A stretch of DNA of 40,833 nt from a virus (lineage: Duplodnaviria; Heunggongvirae; Uroviricota; Caudoviricetes): positions 1-40,833 of the IMG/VR virus record IMGVR_UViG_3300007609_001205; one strand, written 5' to 3'. The notes under the pieces are model-generated. The model saw nothing but the letters and a program-made list of their open reading frames with translations, had not been told where the DNA came from and did not search any database. Positions 26,908 through 36,616 of this stretch are shown here, one piece after another. The position numbers were made by a program, and so were the translations under genes. Within the stretch, counting starts at the first letter, position 1; each line of letters opens with the position of its first letter.

Positions 26908-28051
26908 TTTGTGTAAGTTTACGAGACAAAGGTAATGATTCCCAATCAATATTCACACATACATCTGATAATTTTTTCAAATATGTCATATCTAAACATT
27001 CATCAGGGGTGTGTTCGTTCATATAACCAACCGATATATTTGTACATTCGGGTATAACACCCATAAAAGATGCAGAATCACTACTCACACCTGTTGGGTC
27101 TTTCTTCATATCTAATCCATTTGAGTTCATTTGAGAACATAACTCATCAGAAAATTCATCAGAACAACACACTACATCCTTTTGTTTAGTTATAATGGAG
27201 TGGTTACCCTTTCTATCAAAGGCCACACACCGTTCAACACCATGTAGATGTGTCTGTGTATCAAATGAATCAGAAACTGCCTTAGAACCAATGCAACCAG
27301 CCTCCTCGCCAATGAAAAAGTAATATATCCCCGGAACTTCGTTGTACATCATATAAACCATTAGTGCAACGCCTGCTTTATCATCTGCACCAAGTATAGT
27401 TTCACCATCAGTCATTATCAATTCAGAGTCACCTTCCGACTTTGAAAATAAATTTATTTCGGTTTGGTCATCACTACGAGTATCCAGATGTGACACAAAC
27501 ATTGTTTTGGAATTCCCAATTACTTTATAATAGTTCCCAAATTCATCCACTTCAACATCAGGCAACATTTGTGCAACCTGCTCCTCATATCCGTGTGGGT
27601 ATGTCTTCTGAACCATAGCCAAAAAAGTGTATCTTATATCAGATGGGTCATAACCACTATCAGTGAACTCAATACGTTGTGTCCCCACATTGCCCTCATT
27701 AACCTTCAAATCCACGTGTATATCATATGAATTTTGCTCATCCCCAACAAATTTAACTTTGGAATGAACAACATTAACAGGCAATTCTTCTTTATATAAT
27801 TTAATTAACTCCCAAGCCACTTTTTTAAGAGTTTCTTTCGTAGGTAGTTTTTCACGAATACGAATAAGTGCAACATGTTGCCTCTTATCAACTAATTTAA
27901 CAACAACATCATCGTCATCACCCTTTACTCGAATAAGATAGTTACTTGAATCTACATCATTGCCCACAAATACTTTGAAACCATCAACCTCAATATCCTT
28001 GATATCAAAGGATGAACTCTTAGATTCATTGAATGTCATTATGTATCTCAT
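26861..28051 (-). CDS. M28/M20-family zinc peptidase with N-terminal NFACT-R (DUF814)-like domain
   Basis: SHLDT, LGADDKAG, GEE.GC.GS, AFDRKG, SD...F and NISVGY..EH metal-ligand motifs; N-terminal DGFKVFVG...N.L.....DD segment. Confidence 0.8.
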   Translation of the reverse strand: MRYIMTFNESKSSSFDIKDIEVDGFKVFVGNDVDSSNYLIRVKGDDDDVVVKLVDKRQHVALIRIREKLPTKETLKKVAWELIKLYKEELPVNVVHSKVKFVGDEQNSYDIHVDLKVNEGNVGTQRIEFTDSGYDPSDIRYTFLAMVQKTYPHGYEEQVAQMLPDVEVDEFGNYYKVIGNSKTMFVSHLDTRSDDQTEINLFSKSEGDSELIMTDGETILGADDKAGVALMVYMMYNEVPGIYYFFIGEEAGCIGSKAVSDSFDTQTHLHGVERCVAFDRKGNHSIITKQKDVVCCSDEFSDELCSQMNSNGLDMKKDPTGVSSDSASFMGVIPECTNISVGYMNEHTPDECLDMTYLKKLSDVCVNIDWESLPLSRKLTQNETTDNIERMGIEGK

Positions 28052-28068
28052 AGAGTATATATTCCATA

Positions 28069-29976
28069 TTAAATATGATTACGCCTCCAAACATACTTAT
28101 CTTGACCACAACCATAAACACGATGATACCCACGATCACACATTATCTCAACCTCTGTTTTAAGTGGGTCAAATCCATCTTTTATCAATTTACTTTTATT
28201 ATAATTGAACCTATGTTTACGAATACCATCAACAACCCACCAATAATTCGGTGATGTTCTGTATAACATTTCAAATCCCATTTTTTCATAAACCTTACCA
28301 GAAAACATTGATATATCAGCAAATGTGGATATCTCATCAACATCATTATTATCTATGTAATATTTAAATAATTTTGAAGCAGACCCATGTACTGTAGTGT
28401 TTAATTTATTACAAAATCTAACTAATTCATTTCCTTTCTTTGGAGAATGGAATAACATACAAGATACCAATTCACCATTATAAAAAAGACCAACAGCATC
28501 TCTATACGTTGTCTTGCCCTGTATATGATTCATATCTAAAAATTCATTAACCAACTTCTTATCATTTATCACTCTTATATCACACTTCCTACCGGGTATT
28601 TTATACTTGGTCAATCCTAAAAAATTCCTAATTATAGATTCAACAATATCTCGTTTATACAACCAATCATCTTCCCATATGTGTAGTAAATTAATACCTT
28701 GTTCATTACACAAATCAGTCTTTTCCAAATGATAATTAGAATGTTTATATAAGTCTGAGTGCCAATATAAACCATTATACTCAATTGCTATATTTTTCGA
28801 AGGTATATAAATATCCAATTCAAAGGGTGGTATTATTGATTTACTGTTTGGTATATACTCAACTCCAATACTATCCAACCATTCCATTATATTTTTCTCT
28901 TGACCCGACCCACTATTCAATGGGTTACATATTGAACATGGTTCAATGTTTACTGACAATCTTCTCTGTAATGTTGTTGGGTGTATCGAAAATGTATGTC
29001 CACATGAATCATTCTTCAAATCAACAAACCCCTTAATGTCTGAGGCGGATATGAATTCAAATCCCATATCATCATAGAATTTAATTCGTTTCATTAGCCT
29101 TTTTTCAACAAATTCATCACTATTTATGAGATTTTTATATTCTTCTGTTTGAGTATAATGAGTAGCACCATATTTATCATTCATTATACCATCTATGGAA
29201 TTTCTGAATTCATAAGATTGAAAATACCAATCAGTTCCATACTTTGACTTATTCGTATTTTTTACCTTATCAACATATATTGGGGACTGTGAATAATGAT
29301 CAACACCATACTTTGAATTATTGGTGGCAATTGCCTTGGCTTTATATTCATCTGTTCGTGTGAACCAATCAACTCCATATTTTTCTCTGTTTGTTCTAAT
29401 AGTCTTATCAATATATTCCAGACTTTGTACATAATGACCAACACCATATTTATACATCATAGTATCTTTAGAAGTTTTTTTAAACTCCTCTGTTTTGAAA
29501 TAATGATCAACACCATATCTCTTCAAACACGTATCTCGATACTTTTTTTTAACTTCCTCATTCTGGAAAGATGATGTTGTACCATATCTTTCTAAGTTCG
29601 TTGAAGCCTGTTTTTTTTTAACCGATAACAATTTAGCAACATTATCAACACCATACTTAGACAATGTTGTTTTTTTTCTTCTTACCTTAGTTTCCTTACT
29701 ATTTTGTGCACACTTAGCAGAACAATTCTTTTTATACCCATTTAACCAATTACGATTGAATGTGGTATCATTTCCACACACACATTTATAATATTTTGGG
29801 TAATCATTAACCCAATGCCATATCATTTGCTTGAAAGGTAAATCAAGAATTGAACAGAAATTTTCAATTTCTATTAATACCTCATTATAATTTTTTTCAA
29901 AATAACTTCTACGCATTCTGCTAGAACTACCATCCAATATATCGTTTATAACATTTAATCTCTTTTTAATAACCAT
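28069..29976 (-). mobile_element. Free-standing homing-endonuclease-like gene (Hef-like PD-(D/E)XK nuclease with 23-aa repeats)
   Basis: 8 repeats of T..[KR]YG[VTA] at 23-aa spacing; CxC/CxxxC and CxH...CxxC zinc motifs; ELDIYIP...IAIEYNGLYWH nuclease motif; lies directly downstream of the MCP terminator. Confidence 0.7.
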
Positions 29977-30045
29977 ATCTATATGTATTCAAGAACCTTT
30001 CGCCCCTCGTATATTATGATATATATTTAGAATGAAAAGTTTATT

Positions 30046-30079
30046 AAAAAAAAAGAGGGTTCCGAAGAACCCTCTTTTT
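30046..30079 (-). terminator. Rho-independent terminator of the major capsid gene
   Basis: Minus strand GAGGGTTC-TTCG-GAACCCTC followed by a long T run, about 25 nt after the MCP stop. Confidence 0.9.
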
Positions 30080-30102
30080 AGAGAAATTATTATAACTAAT
30101 GC

Positions 30103-31824
30103 TTAGTTTAATAACTGTGCATCATCCTTCACACGGATTGTCATGTACTGCTTCTCTGGGAAGAAACCAACGTCAGCAATCGCGTATCTTGATCTAAGTA
30201 GCATTCTTGGTGCGAATGTTGCCTCAGAAATAACAGAGATTGACTGTGCCATCAAATATGGTACGAAGATCAATCCTGGCTGATCTGGGTTATTCTTTCT
30301 ACCAAGTACGATTCGGTTATCGTTGTACTTCATGTATGGATCAACATATACCTGAATATCAGCTACTTGTCCAATTGGGTACAACTGACCCTGACCGTTC
30401 AACTTAGATTTAACTGGATTAACAGTGTATCCAACTACATCCATAAGAGCAGCAGCAAGACCCCCGTTAGTTACAGCGAACTGTGCTGGTCCAACACGAC
30501 CCTCAGTTGCGATGTAGTTAGAAGCATGCATCATCCTAGTGATGAGTTTTCTTTGAACTGCGTGAGTGGTTTCACCACCTGGTCCAGTTGTAGCTGTAAC
30601 ATATGCAGTATCAAGGTCGAAAATTGTATGACCTGTAATAGTTGCTGTTGCGGCTGCTGGAGCAGTTCCACGGTTAGCATCTCCAAGTTCGAAGATTCTT
30701 GAAATAATCTGCTTAGAGATTACCTGAGAAAGTTCATTAACAAGGATTGACTCCATTTTCTGAACGATATCCATACCTGTGTTAGCTTTGATATCCTCGA
30801 TTTCAGTTCTTCTAAGTGCAGAAGATACTTCAATAGTACCAACAGCAACAGATTTAGACGAAATCTTCGGTCCAATAACACCTGCATATCTTGAATCATC
30901 TTGATCACGATCCATTGGGTAATCACCAGAACTTGTATTAGAGTTCCAATTTGCAGAGAACCCTGGAAGCTGATCTTCAAGAGCAGATACCAAATCAACT
31001 GATACAGAAGAGAAGGTAACTCCTGAGAATGTACCTGCTGCCAATTGAGCGTTCATATTTGAAGCATTATCAAATGTATTTTTATCCGCATCCCACTGAT
31101 ATGGGTAAGCACCACTACCTGCACTATTAGGAGCAGTTGTAGAGTTAAACTGACGGAATGCTCTAAAAATAGGAAGACCATCTACACGAGAGAATCCTAA
31201 GAATTCCAACCAACCTGCTTTAGTAGCCGTAGGACCAGCAGTACCGATAGTATCGCTCAAGAAATCCAAGAACAATTGACCATCTTCCAATCCACCTTGT
31301 GTTTCTCTAAGACCCTCACTAGTTATATTGTGAGAAAGAGTTGCAGTAAGTGCAGTAAGTGCAGTAGCATCAGTTGAACTCAACTTGAATACTTGCGGTC
31401 TTGAATCACCACCAACATCTCTAAGATCATCATATTGGAAATCAATATAAAGAAGATCGATTTTTGGACCCGGAGTAGGTTTTACAGCAACAAGGTCAAG
31501 ACCAATTGTCTGGGCTGCGATTTTCATAGCTACTGGAAGTAGGTTCTGACCAAGATCACCTGATCCGATGTTACCTGAAACAGCACCTTGTGATCCAAAT
31601 CCTGAACCACCACCAAGGAGACCTGGTAGAGTACCTGGTTGTGCAGATTGAACACCGCCCATACCGGCAGTTGTAGCATTAACGTAAGCATTTTCATTGA
31701 TTGAATGGAATTCAGCATATTCTGACAACCAATCAAGTCTTTCTTCGTTAGTTACACCCATGTTTTCCAATACTGGACCCCATTTCTTAATAGCTTTTTG
31801 TTTGTCTATTCTAATGTGTGACAT
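30103..31824 (-). CDS. gp23: Major capsid protein (T4 gp23-like)
   Basis: KKWGPVLE N-terminus, AQTIGLDLVAVKP, GRVGPAQFAV, VYVDPY, G..F.PY.M and RSRY motifs; own terminator. Confidence 0.95.
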   Translation of the reverse strand: MSHIRIDKQKAIKKWGPVLENMGVTNEERLDWLSEYAEFHSINENAYVNATTAGMGGVQSAQPGTLPGLLGGGSGFGSQGAVSGNIGSGDLGQNLLPVAMKIAAQTIGLDLVAVKPTPGPKIDLLYIDFQYDDLRDVGGDSRPQVFKLSSTDATALTALTATLSHNITSEGLRETQGGLEDGQLFLDFLSDTIGTAGPTATKAGWLEFLGFSRVDGLPIFRAFRQFNSTTAPNSAGSGAYPYQWDADKNTFDNASNMNAQLAAGTFSGVTFSSVSVDLVSALEDQLPGFSANWNSNTSSGDYPMDRDQDDSRYAGVIGPKISSKSVAVGTIEVSSALRRTEIEDIKANTGMDIVQKMESILVNELSQVISKQIISRIFELGDANRGTAPAAATATITGHTIFDLDTAYVTATTGPGGETTHAVQRKLITRMMHASNYIATEGRVGPAQFAVTNGGLAAALMDVVGYTVNPVKSKLNGQGQLYPIGQVADIQVYVDPYMKYNDNRIVLGRKNNPDQPGLIFVPYLMAQSISVISEATFAPRMLLRSRYAIADVGFFPEKQYMTIRVKDDAQLLN

Positions 31825-31864
31825 AATTTTTTTAATTTAGTTTTTTATCTATTTTACCCACAGA

Positions 31865-34069
31865 TTAAAGGTTTTTGAATCTTTCCATAATAGAATTCAT
31901 TTCACTCTCTGGCAGTTTATCCTCTTGGATAAGTGCTTCGTGAGAAACTAATTTCTTAGTTACAGTCTCATTCGTTTTGAGATTTCTAGTGTTCCAGAAG
32001 TGTTCCAACTGAGCTTCAGTTTGGAGTACTTCATCTGGATAAAGTCTTGCCTGTGAAAGAACAGACTTTCTAGTGCTCTCGTTTAATTGGTTCCAGATCG
32101 GCTTCATGTTTTCCGGCATCAATCTGAGGACTCTTTCTTCAAGAGTCTCGTTTTTAGTACTCAACGCTTCTGTGATCAACTTCAATACATCTTGTGTAGT
32201 GAAGAAACTTTTTTCGTTTATGTAAAGTTTAACAGTTTCTTGTTCCTCATTAGTGAGGCTGTAGAAACTATCGACCTGAGATTTGTTCAAGAATTTCAAG
32301 AAATGTACATCGGCAGTTTCAGAAGCCTTACGCTTCTTAGCTTCACCGATCAATTTATCAATAGATTTAGATAGTTCAGAATCTGAATCACCCGTAAATG
32401 CGGGTGCTTCTTCTTCACTAGTTTCTTCATCAGAAGATTCCTCATCAGCTTCATCAGAAGATTCTTCCTCTTCGGAAGTCACAACTTCATCAGAAGATTC
32501 TTCTTCTGCACTTACTTCTTCATCAGAAGATTCTTCATCACTTTCGGATTCTTCACCTTCTTTTGGAGTTTCATCTTGTGATGGAGACTGTGCCTCATCA
32601 CCAAGAGTTTCTTCTTCTTCTTCGATTGCTGTGAATCCAACTTCTTCCGGTGTTGGGAACATATTAGCAGATGCTTCACCATCTTCACCTTCTACGCTCT
32701 CGTTTATAGCACCTTCATTAAGCTTCTCAACGATTGTTCTTTGATAATCAATAGATTTATCAAGAGATTCAGCTACATACTCAGAGTACGCAATGTTATC
32801 ATCAAGATTTTCAGCAATGTATTCAGAGTATGCAATGTTACCCTGTACATGCTCTGATAAATATTCAGAGTATGCAATTGAATTGTCAAGATTTTCAGCA
32901 AGATATTCTCCGTAAGAGATTGACTTGTCAAGGTTCTCAGCAATGTATTCAGAGTATGCAATGTTCTTATCAAGATTTTCAGCAATGTATTCAGAGTATG
33001 CAATGTTCTTGTCAAGGTTCTCAGCAAGATATTCTCCGTAAGAGATTGACTTATCAAGGTTCTCAGCAAGATATTCTCCGTAAGAGATTGACTTGTCAAG
33101 ATTTTCAGCGATATACTCAGAGTAATCGATATTCTTGTCAAGATTTTCAGCAAGGTATTCTGAATAGTTTATAGACTTTTCAAGATTTTCCGCTAAATAA
33201 TCATTATGTTCAATGATTTTTTCTGTTTTTTCTTGAAGAGATTTGTTTTCATTAACAACTACTTGTACTTTTTCAGCCAAGTAATCAAGATACTTCTCCA
33301 TTTTCTTATCAGTATCAATAAGTTCATCGTAGTACTCAAGGAGTTGTTCCAATTTCTTTGGATCCAAATTCCCCTTTGTAATAGCCTTCTTAACTTCCTT
33401 CTTAGTAGAAGCCAATTCATTAACAAGATACTTCGAGTAATCTGTTAATTGTTGTTTAGTTACATAATCATTTTGGTTCATGTTGAATAGTTCATTTATT
33501 TTTGATTCATCTTTCATTTCGTAGATTCTGAAGTTAGAATCCGCTTTATATCCAAGCGACTCATTAAGAGGCTGAACATGCATTTTGGCTGACCCAAAAC
33601 CAGGGTCGGCTACGATATCATATGTGAATAATTTTTTCAGTGCAACAGAGCCATCGGCTTCAGTTATACCTGCTGCGCGAGATGAAACAAAAATTGGGCA
33701 ACCATCACTAACAAGTGATTTTGCCTCTTTACCCCAATAAGTTGAAAGTAACCTTATTTCACCCTCTATACGATTTTGCTCAGATACATATTTTGTTCTT
33801 TGGATAGTGTGGGATGATCTTGACAACGATGTATCAAAAACATCCGGGTGGTCAAATTCACCATATACTGCACCAAGTGTCTGAATTCTTTCATTCAACT
33901 CATCCAAGGCAGGTAAGAACTTATCTGCCGTATAAACACGGTCATTCCTGTTCTTAACACCAAACTCAGTGAAAATACCACTCAATAGATACTTATCATC
34001 TGCGCTACGTGCCGCTTCGTTCATTTTCAACGAATTTGTTGAGTTTTCTACGACTAATACTGGTTTCAT
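31865..34069 (-). CDS. gp21: Prohead protease (gp21-like) fused to a coiled-coil scaffold (gp22-like)
   Basis: N-terminal NRNDRVY, YGEFDHP (His), VSSRAAG (Ser) and YDIVADPGF motifs, followed by 14-aa repeats and an acidic linker; directly upstream of MCP. Confidence 0.9.
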   Translation of the reverse strand: MKPVLVVENSTNSLKMNEAARSADDKYLLSGIFTEFGVKNRNDRVYTADKFLPALDELNERIQTLGAVYGEFDHPDVFDTSLSRSSHTIQRTKYVSEQNRIEGEIRLLSTYWGKEAKSLVSDGCPIFVSSRAAGITEADGSVALKKLFTYDIVADPGFGSAKMHVQPLNESLGYKADSNFRIYEMKDESKINELFNMNQNDYVTKQQLTDYSKYLVNELASTKKEVKKAITKGNLDPKKLEQLLEYYDELIDTDKKMEKYLDYLAEKVQVVVNENKSLQEKTEKIIEHNDYLAENLEKSINYSEYLAENLDKNIDYSEYIAENLDKSISYGEYLAENLDKSISYGEYLAENLDKNIAYSEYIAENLDKNIAYSEYIAENLDKSISYGEYLAENLDNSIAYSEYLSEHVQGNIAYSEYIAENLDDNIAYSEYVAESLDKSIDYQRTIVEKLNEGAINESVEGEDGEASANMFPTPEEVGFTAIEEEEETLGDEAQSPSQDETPKEGEESESDEESSDEEVSAEEESSDEVVTSEEEESSDEADEESSDEETSEEEAPAFTGDSDSELSKSIDKLIGEAKKRKASETADVHFLKFLNKSQVDSFYSLTNEEQETVKLYINEKSFFTTQDVLKLITEALSTKNETLEERVLRLMPENMKPIWNQLNESTRKSVLSQARLYPDEVLQTEAQLEHFWNTRNLKTNETVTKKLVSHEALIQEDKLPESEMNSIMERFKNL
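32738..33199 (-). repeat. 11 x 42-nt coding tandem repeat (14 aa, consensus Y[LI]AENLDK[SN]I[AS]Y[SG]E)
   Basis: Counted directly in the translation and DNA; synonymous variation between copies. Confidence 0.95.
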
Positions 34070-34192
34070 GTATTTCAGTGATTTATTTTAATGTATATAT
34101 CGACTTAAAATACCGCAAAATTGAAAGGTGGATTTTTTATAGGCAGTTTCAACCTTCATTAAACTTTATACACCATATTGAATAGTAACAGT

Positions 34193-34711
34193 ATGGAAGA
34201 ACTAAATGAAATAGATATCAAACGCCTAAAATCATTCTTAGAAACATGGGAAATGAAAATAGATGGCGAAAGAGTAAGTAAGGCAATAGACATACCGGAG
34301 GAAATGAAAATCGAATATGATGATGATACCAAAGAAGAAACCAAAAACCTGATACTTATGTTAATCGAATCAGGAAAAAAGGGTATAAACGTACATATGG
34401 ATCACACGAACATATCAATCGAAATAATCCACCAAAGCAATAGCCAAACCAACCCAATCCATCATAACACAAACATAATAATCATAAAGGGGGACGGTAT
34501 AGAACTTGGTACGGATTCAATTTTAAATTCATATTTCAATACCAAAATAAAATATGAGTCTTTATATGATGAAATATATGATAAAGCATATAGTATAGAA
34601 TCGGAAAGGCGTATAAAGAAGTCTAAACGTATATTCAAAGAGATTGCAATCAACACCGGACTCAATCGAAATATGAACCTAAATGAATTACTGAAGGATA
34701 AAAATACCTAA
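34193..34711 (+). CDS. Hypothetical protein
   Basis: ATG 34193 preferred over the track's TTG 34178; ends 28 nt before the polymerase fragment. Confidence 0.65.
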   Translation: MEELNEIDIKRLKSFLETWEMKIDGERVSKAIDIPEEMKIEYDDDTKEETKNLILMLIESGKKGINVHMDHTNISIEIIHQSNSQTNPIHHNTNIIIIKGDGIELGTDSILNSYFNTKIKYESLYDEIYDKAYSIESERRIKKSKRIFKEIAINTGLNRNMNLNELLKDKNT

Positions 34712-34739
34712 CTATTTGAAAAAGAACCATATAATACGT

Positions 34740-36185
34740 ATGACAAAAGAAGAGAAAACAGAAAAATTAAAGAAATTAAGAGCCAGAGCATCCGAACTAA
34801 AAAAAGATGTTGATTATTACAATGCAATGCAATTGGCACTTAAACTTGTATTGAATGGATCATATGGTGCATTGGCAACACCATACTTCATATTATTCAG
34901 TGAACACGTGGCGGGGAGTATTACTGCACAAGGTAGGGAACTCACAAAACGGATGGATACTGACAATGAAGAGTATTGGTTCAATTTATGGCATAATGAC
35001 TTCGAACTACATAGTAGAATGGGTCTCAAAAATGCTAAAAGAATTCCAGATACAGAAAAAGTATCAATATACGCAGACACAGATTCACTATTTGTTTCAT
35101 TTGAACCGGTCATAAACCACTGTCAGTGGAAAAATAATTTCATAGACCCGACCCGAATGGAAAATATCACACACAAGGTTCTTATATTAGAACATCGCCA
35201 GAAAACGATTGTCAAGAACCCAAATATAAAATCCATTCATATAGATGATCTAGAAAATTTTGAAAAAATGGACATTACCAATATTCTCAAAGAAATACAG
35301 AATGGTGGTTATGAACGATTTGTCATAGATGGTGCATTTGTGAAAGATAGAACATTCAATGATAAAATACTCCCATTGATAAATGGAACCATATATTGGA
35401 ATTGGTCGTGTGAATTGGATTTCATCCAAGGATTTGACCATTTCAGATATGCACAATACTTCAAAGATTGTCTGGATACATATGCAAGTGAATATGGCGT
35501 AAAGAACAAAGAAGATTTCGAACTTGAAAGAATATCAGAATCCATTGTAAATATAGCCAAAAAGAAATACATCCAACATATATTATTCGAAGACGGAATC
35601 GATTACGAAAGACTTAATTATATCTTCCCAAAAGGTGTTGAACTTGTAAGGTCATCCACCCCATTGTTTGCAAGGGAGAAGATTATTGATATCGTTAAGT
35701 ATATTTTCTCACATCCGGATGATTTTAATATCAAAACCCTTCTCAAATTGGTCAAGGATCTCAGACGAGAATTTGAGATGGCAGACATGAATGAAATATC
35801 TATGCAGTCATCCGTTAATAAGTATGAAGAAAAAGTGATAGAAGATAAAGACAGACTCCTATTTGTCAGTGGGGCACACTTTGCAGTTAAGGCTGCAGCC
35901 CACCACAACCACTTATTACACAAGAAGAAAGAATTACAAGCAAAGTATGAATTCTTGAAATCGGGTATGAAGATAAAATACTATTATTGCAAGAATAACA
36001 GAACTGCACCAATATTTGCATTCCAACGTGGTTCCTACCCATTGGAGTTAGCACCAGAAATTGACTACGATACACAATTCCAAAAATGTATCTTATCACC
36101 CATAAATGCAATCATTGAACCACTTGGGATGCCGGAGATAACCAAAAGACTTACTGTGGTCATGGACATATTCTCTAAATTTTAA
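34740..36185 (+). CDS. gp43: Family B DNA polymerase, C-terminal half only (fingers-palm-thumb; split gp43B-like)
   Basis: Motif B KLVLNGSYG, TAQGR, motif C YADTDS, KKKY, KGVELVRSSTP; no exonuclease motifs and no motif A (DxxSLYPS) in this ORF or the upstream one. Confidence 0.9.
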   Translation: MTKEEKTEKLKKLRARASELKKDVDYYNAMQLALKLVLNGSYGALATPYFILFSEHVAGSITAQGRELTKRMDTDNEEYWFNLWHNDFELHSRMGLKNAKRIPDTEKVSIYADTDSLFVSFEPVINHCQWKNNFIDPTRMENITHKVLILEHRQKTIVKNPNIKSIHIDDLENFEKMDITNILKEIQNGGYERFVIDGAFVKDRTFNDKILPLINGTIYWNWSCELDFIQGFDHFRYAQYFKDCLDTYASEYGVKNKEDFELERISESIVNIAKKKYIQHILFEDGIDYERLNYIFPKGVELVRSSTPLFAREKIIDIVKYIFSHPDDFNIKTLLKLVKDLRREFEMADMNEISMQSSVNKYEEKVIEDKDRLLFVSGAHFAVKAAAHHNHLLHKKKELQAKYEFLKSGMKIKYYYCKNNRTAPIFAFQRGSYPLELAPEIDYDTQFQKCILSPINAIIEPLGMPEITKRLTVVMDIFSKF

Positions 36186-36235
36186 AGGAAACTACACAAA
36201 GTTGATATATATGTTTAAAATACCAGTAGTTATTT

Positions 36236-36616
36236 ATGATATTGACCAGAGAAGTAGACATTAAGATAAACCAATCCAATTATCAATATTTTGATGATAT
36301 GGGTTATGAGATATGTATTGGTCAAATAATAACAATACCCATAGAATTATTATCAAAAGGATCACACCAAAAGTTAAAATGTAAGTGTGACGGTTGTGGC
36401 ATAATGAAAGATGTAATATTCAAAAATTATGTAAATTATGATAATAAATGGGGATATTACTATTGCAGAAAGTGTTCTGAATCTAAGAGGAAAGCAACCC
36501 TCAAAGAGAATTATGGGGTAGAATACCCACTTCAGAATGAAGAAATATATCACAAAATGAAATCCACTTTAAAGAAAAAAAGATACACACGAAATGAAAA
36601 AGTTGATAATAAATAA
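36236..36616 (+). CDS. Zinc-ribbon protein with one YG-type repeat, resembling an endonuclease DNA-binding module without a nuclease domain
   Basis: CKCDGC...YCRKC; TLKENYGVEYPLQNEEI resembles the repeats of 28069..29976. Confidence 0.65.
   Translation: MILTREVDIKINQSNYQYFDDMGYEICIGQIITIPIELLSKGSHQKLKCKCDGCGIMKDVIFKNYVNYDNKWGYYYCRKCSESKRKATLKENYGVEYPLQNEEIYHKMKSTLKKKRYTRNEKVDNK

Noticed and set aside
32738-33199. CRISPR array or DGR-like repeat
   Set aside because: The 42-nt units are contiguous with no spacers, stay in frame and vary synonymously. No cas or reverse transcriptase gene is present in the window.
35090-35560. Intein or group I intron in the polymerase
   Set aside because: No intein terminal residues or LAGLIDADG motifs, and the reading frame is uninterrupted.
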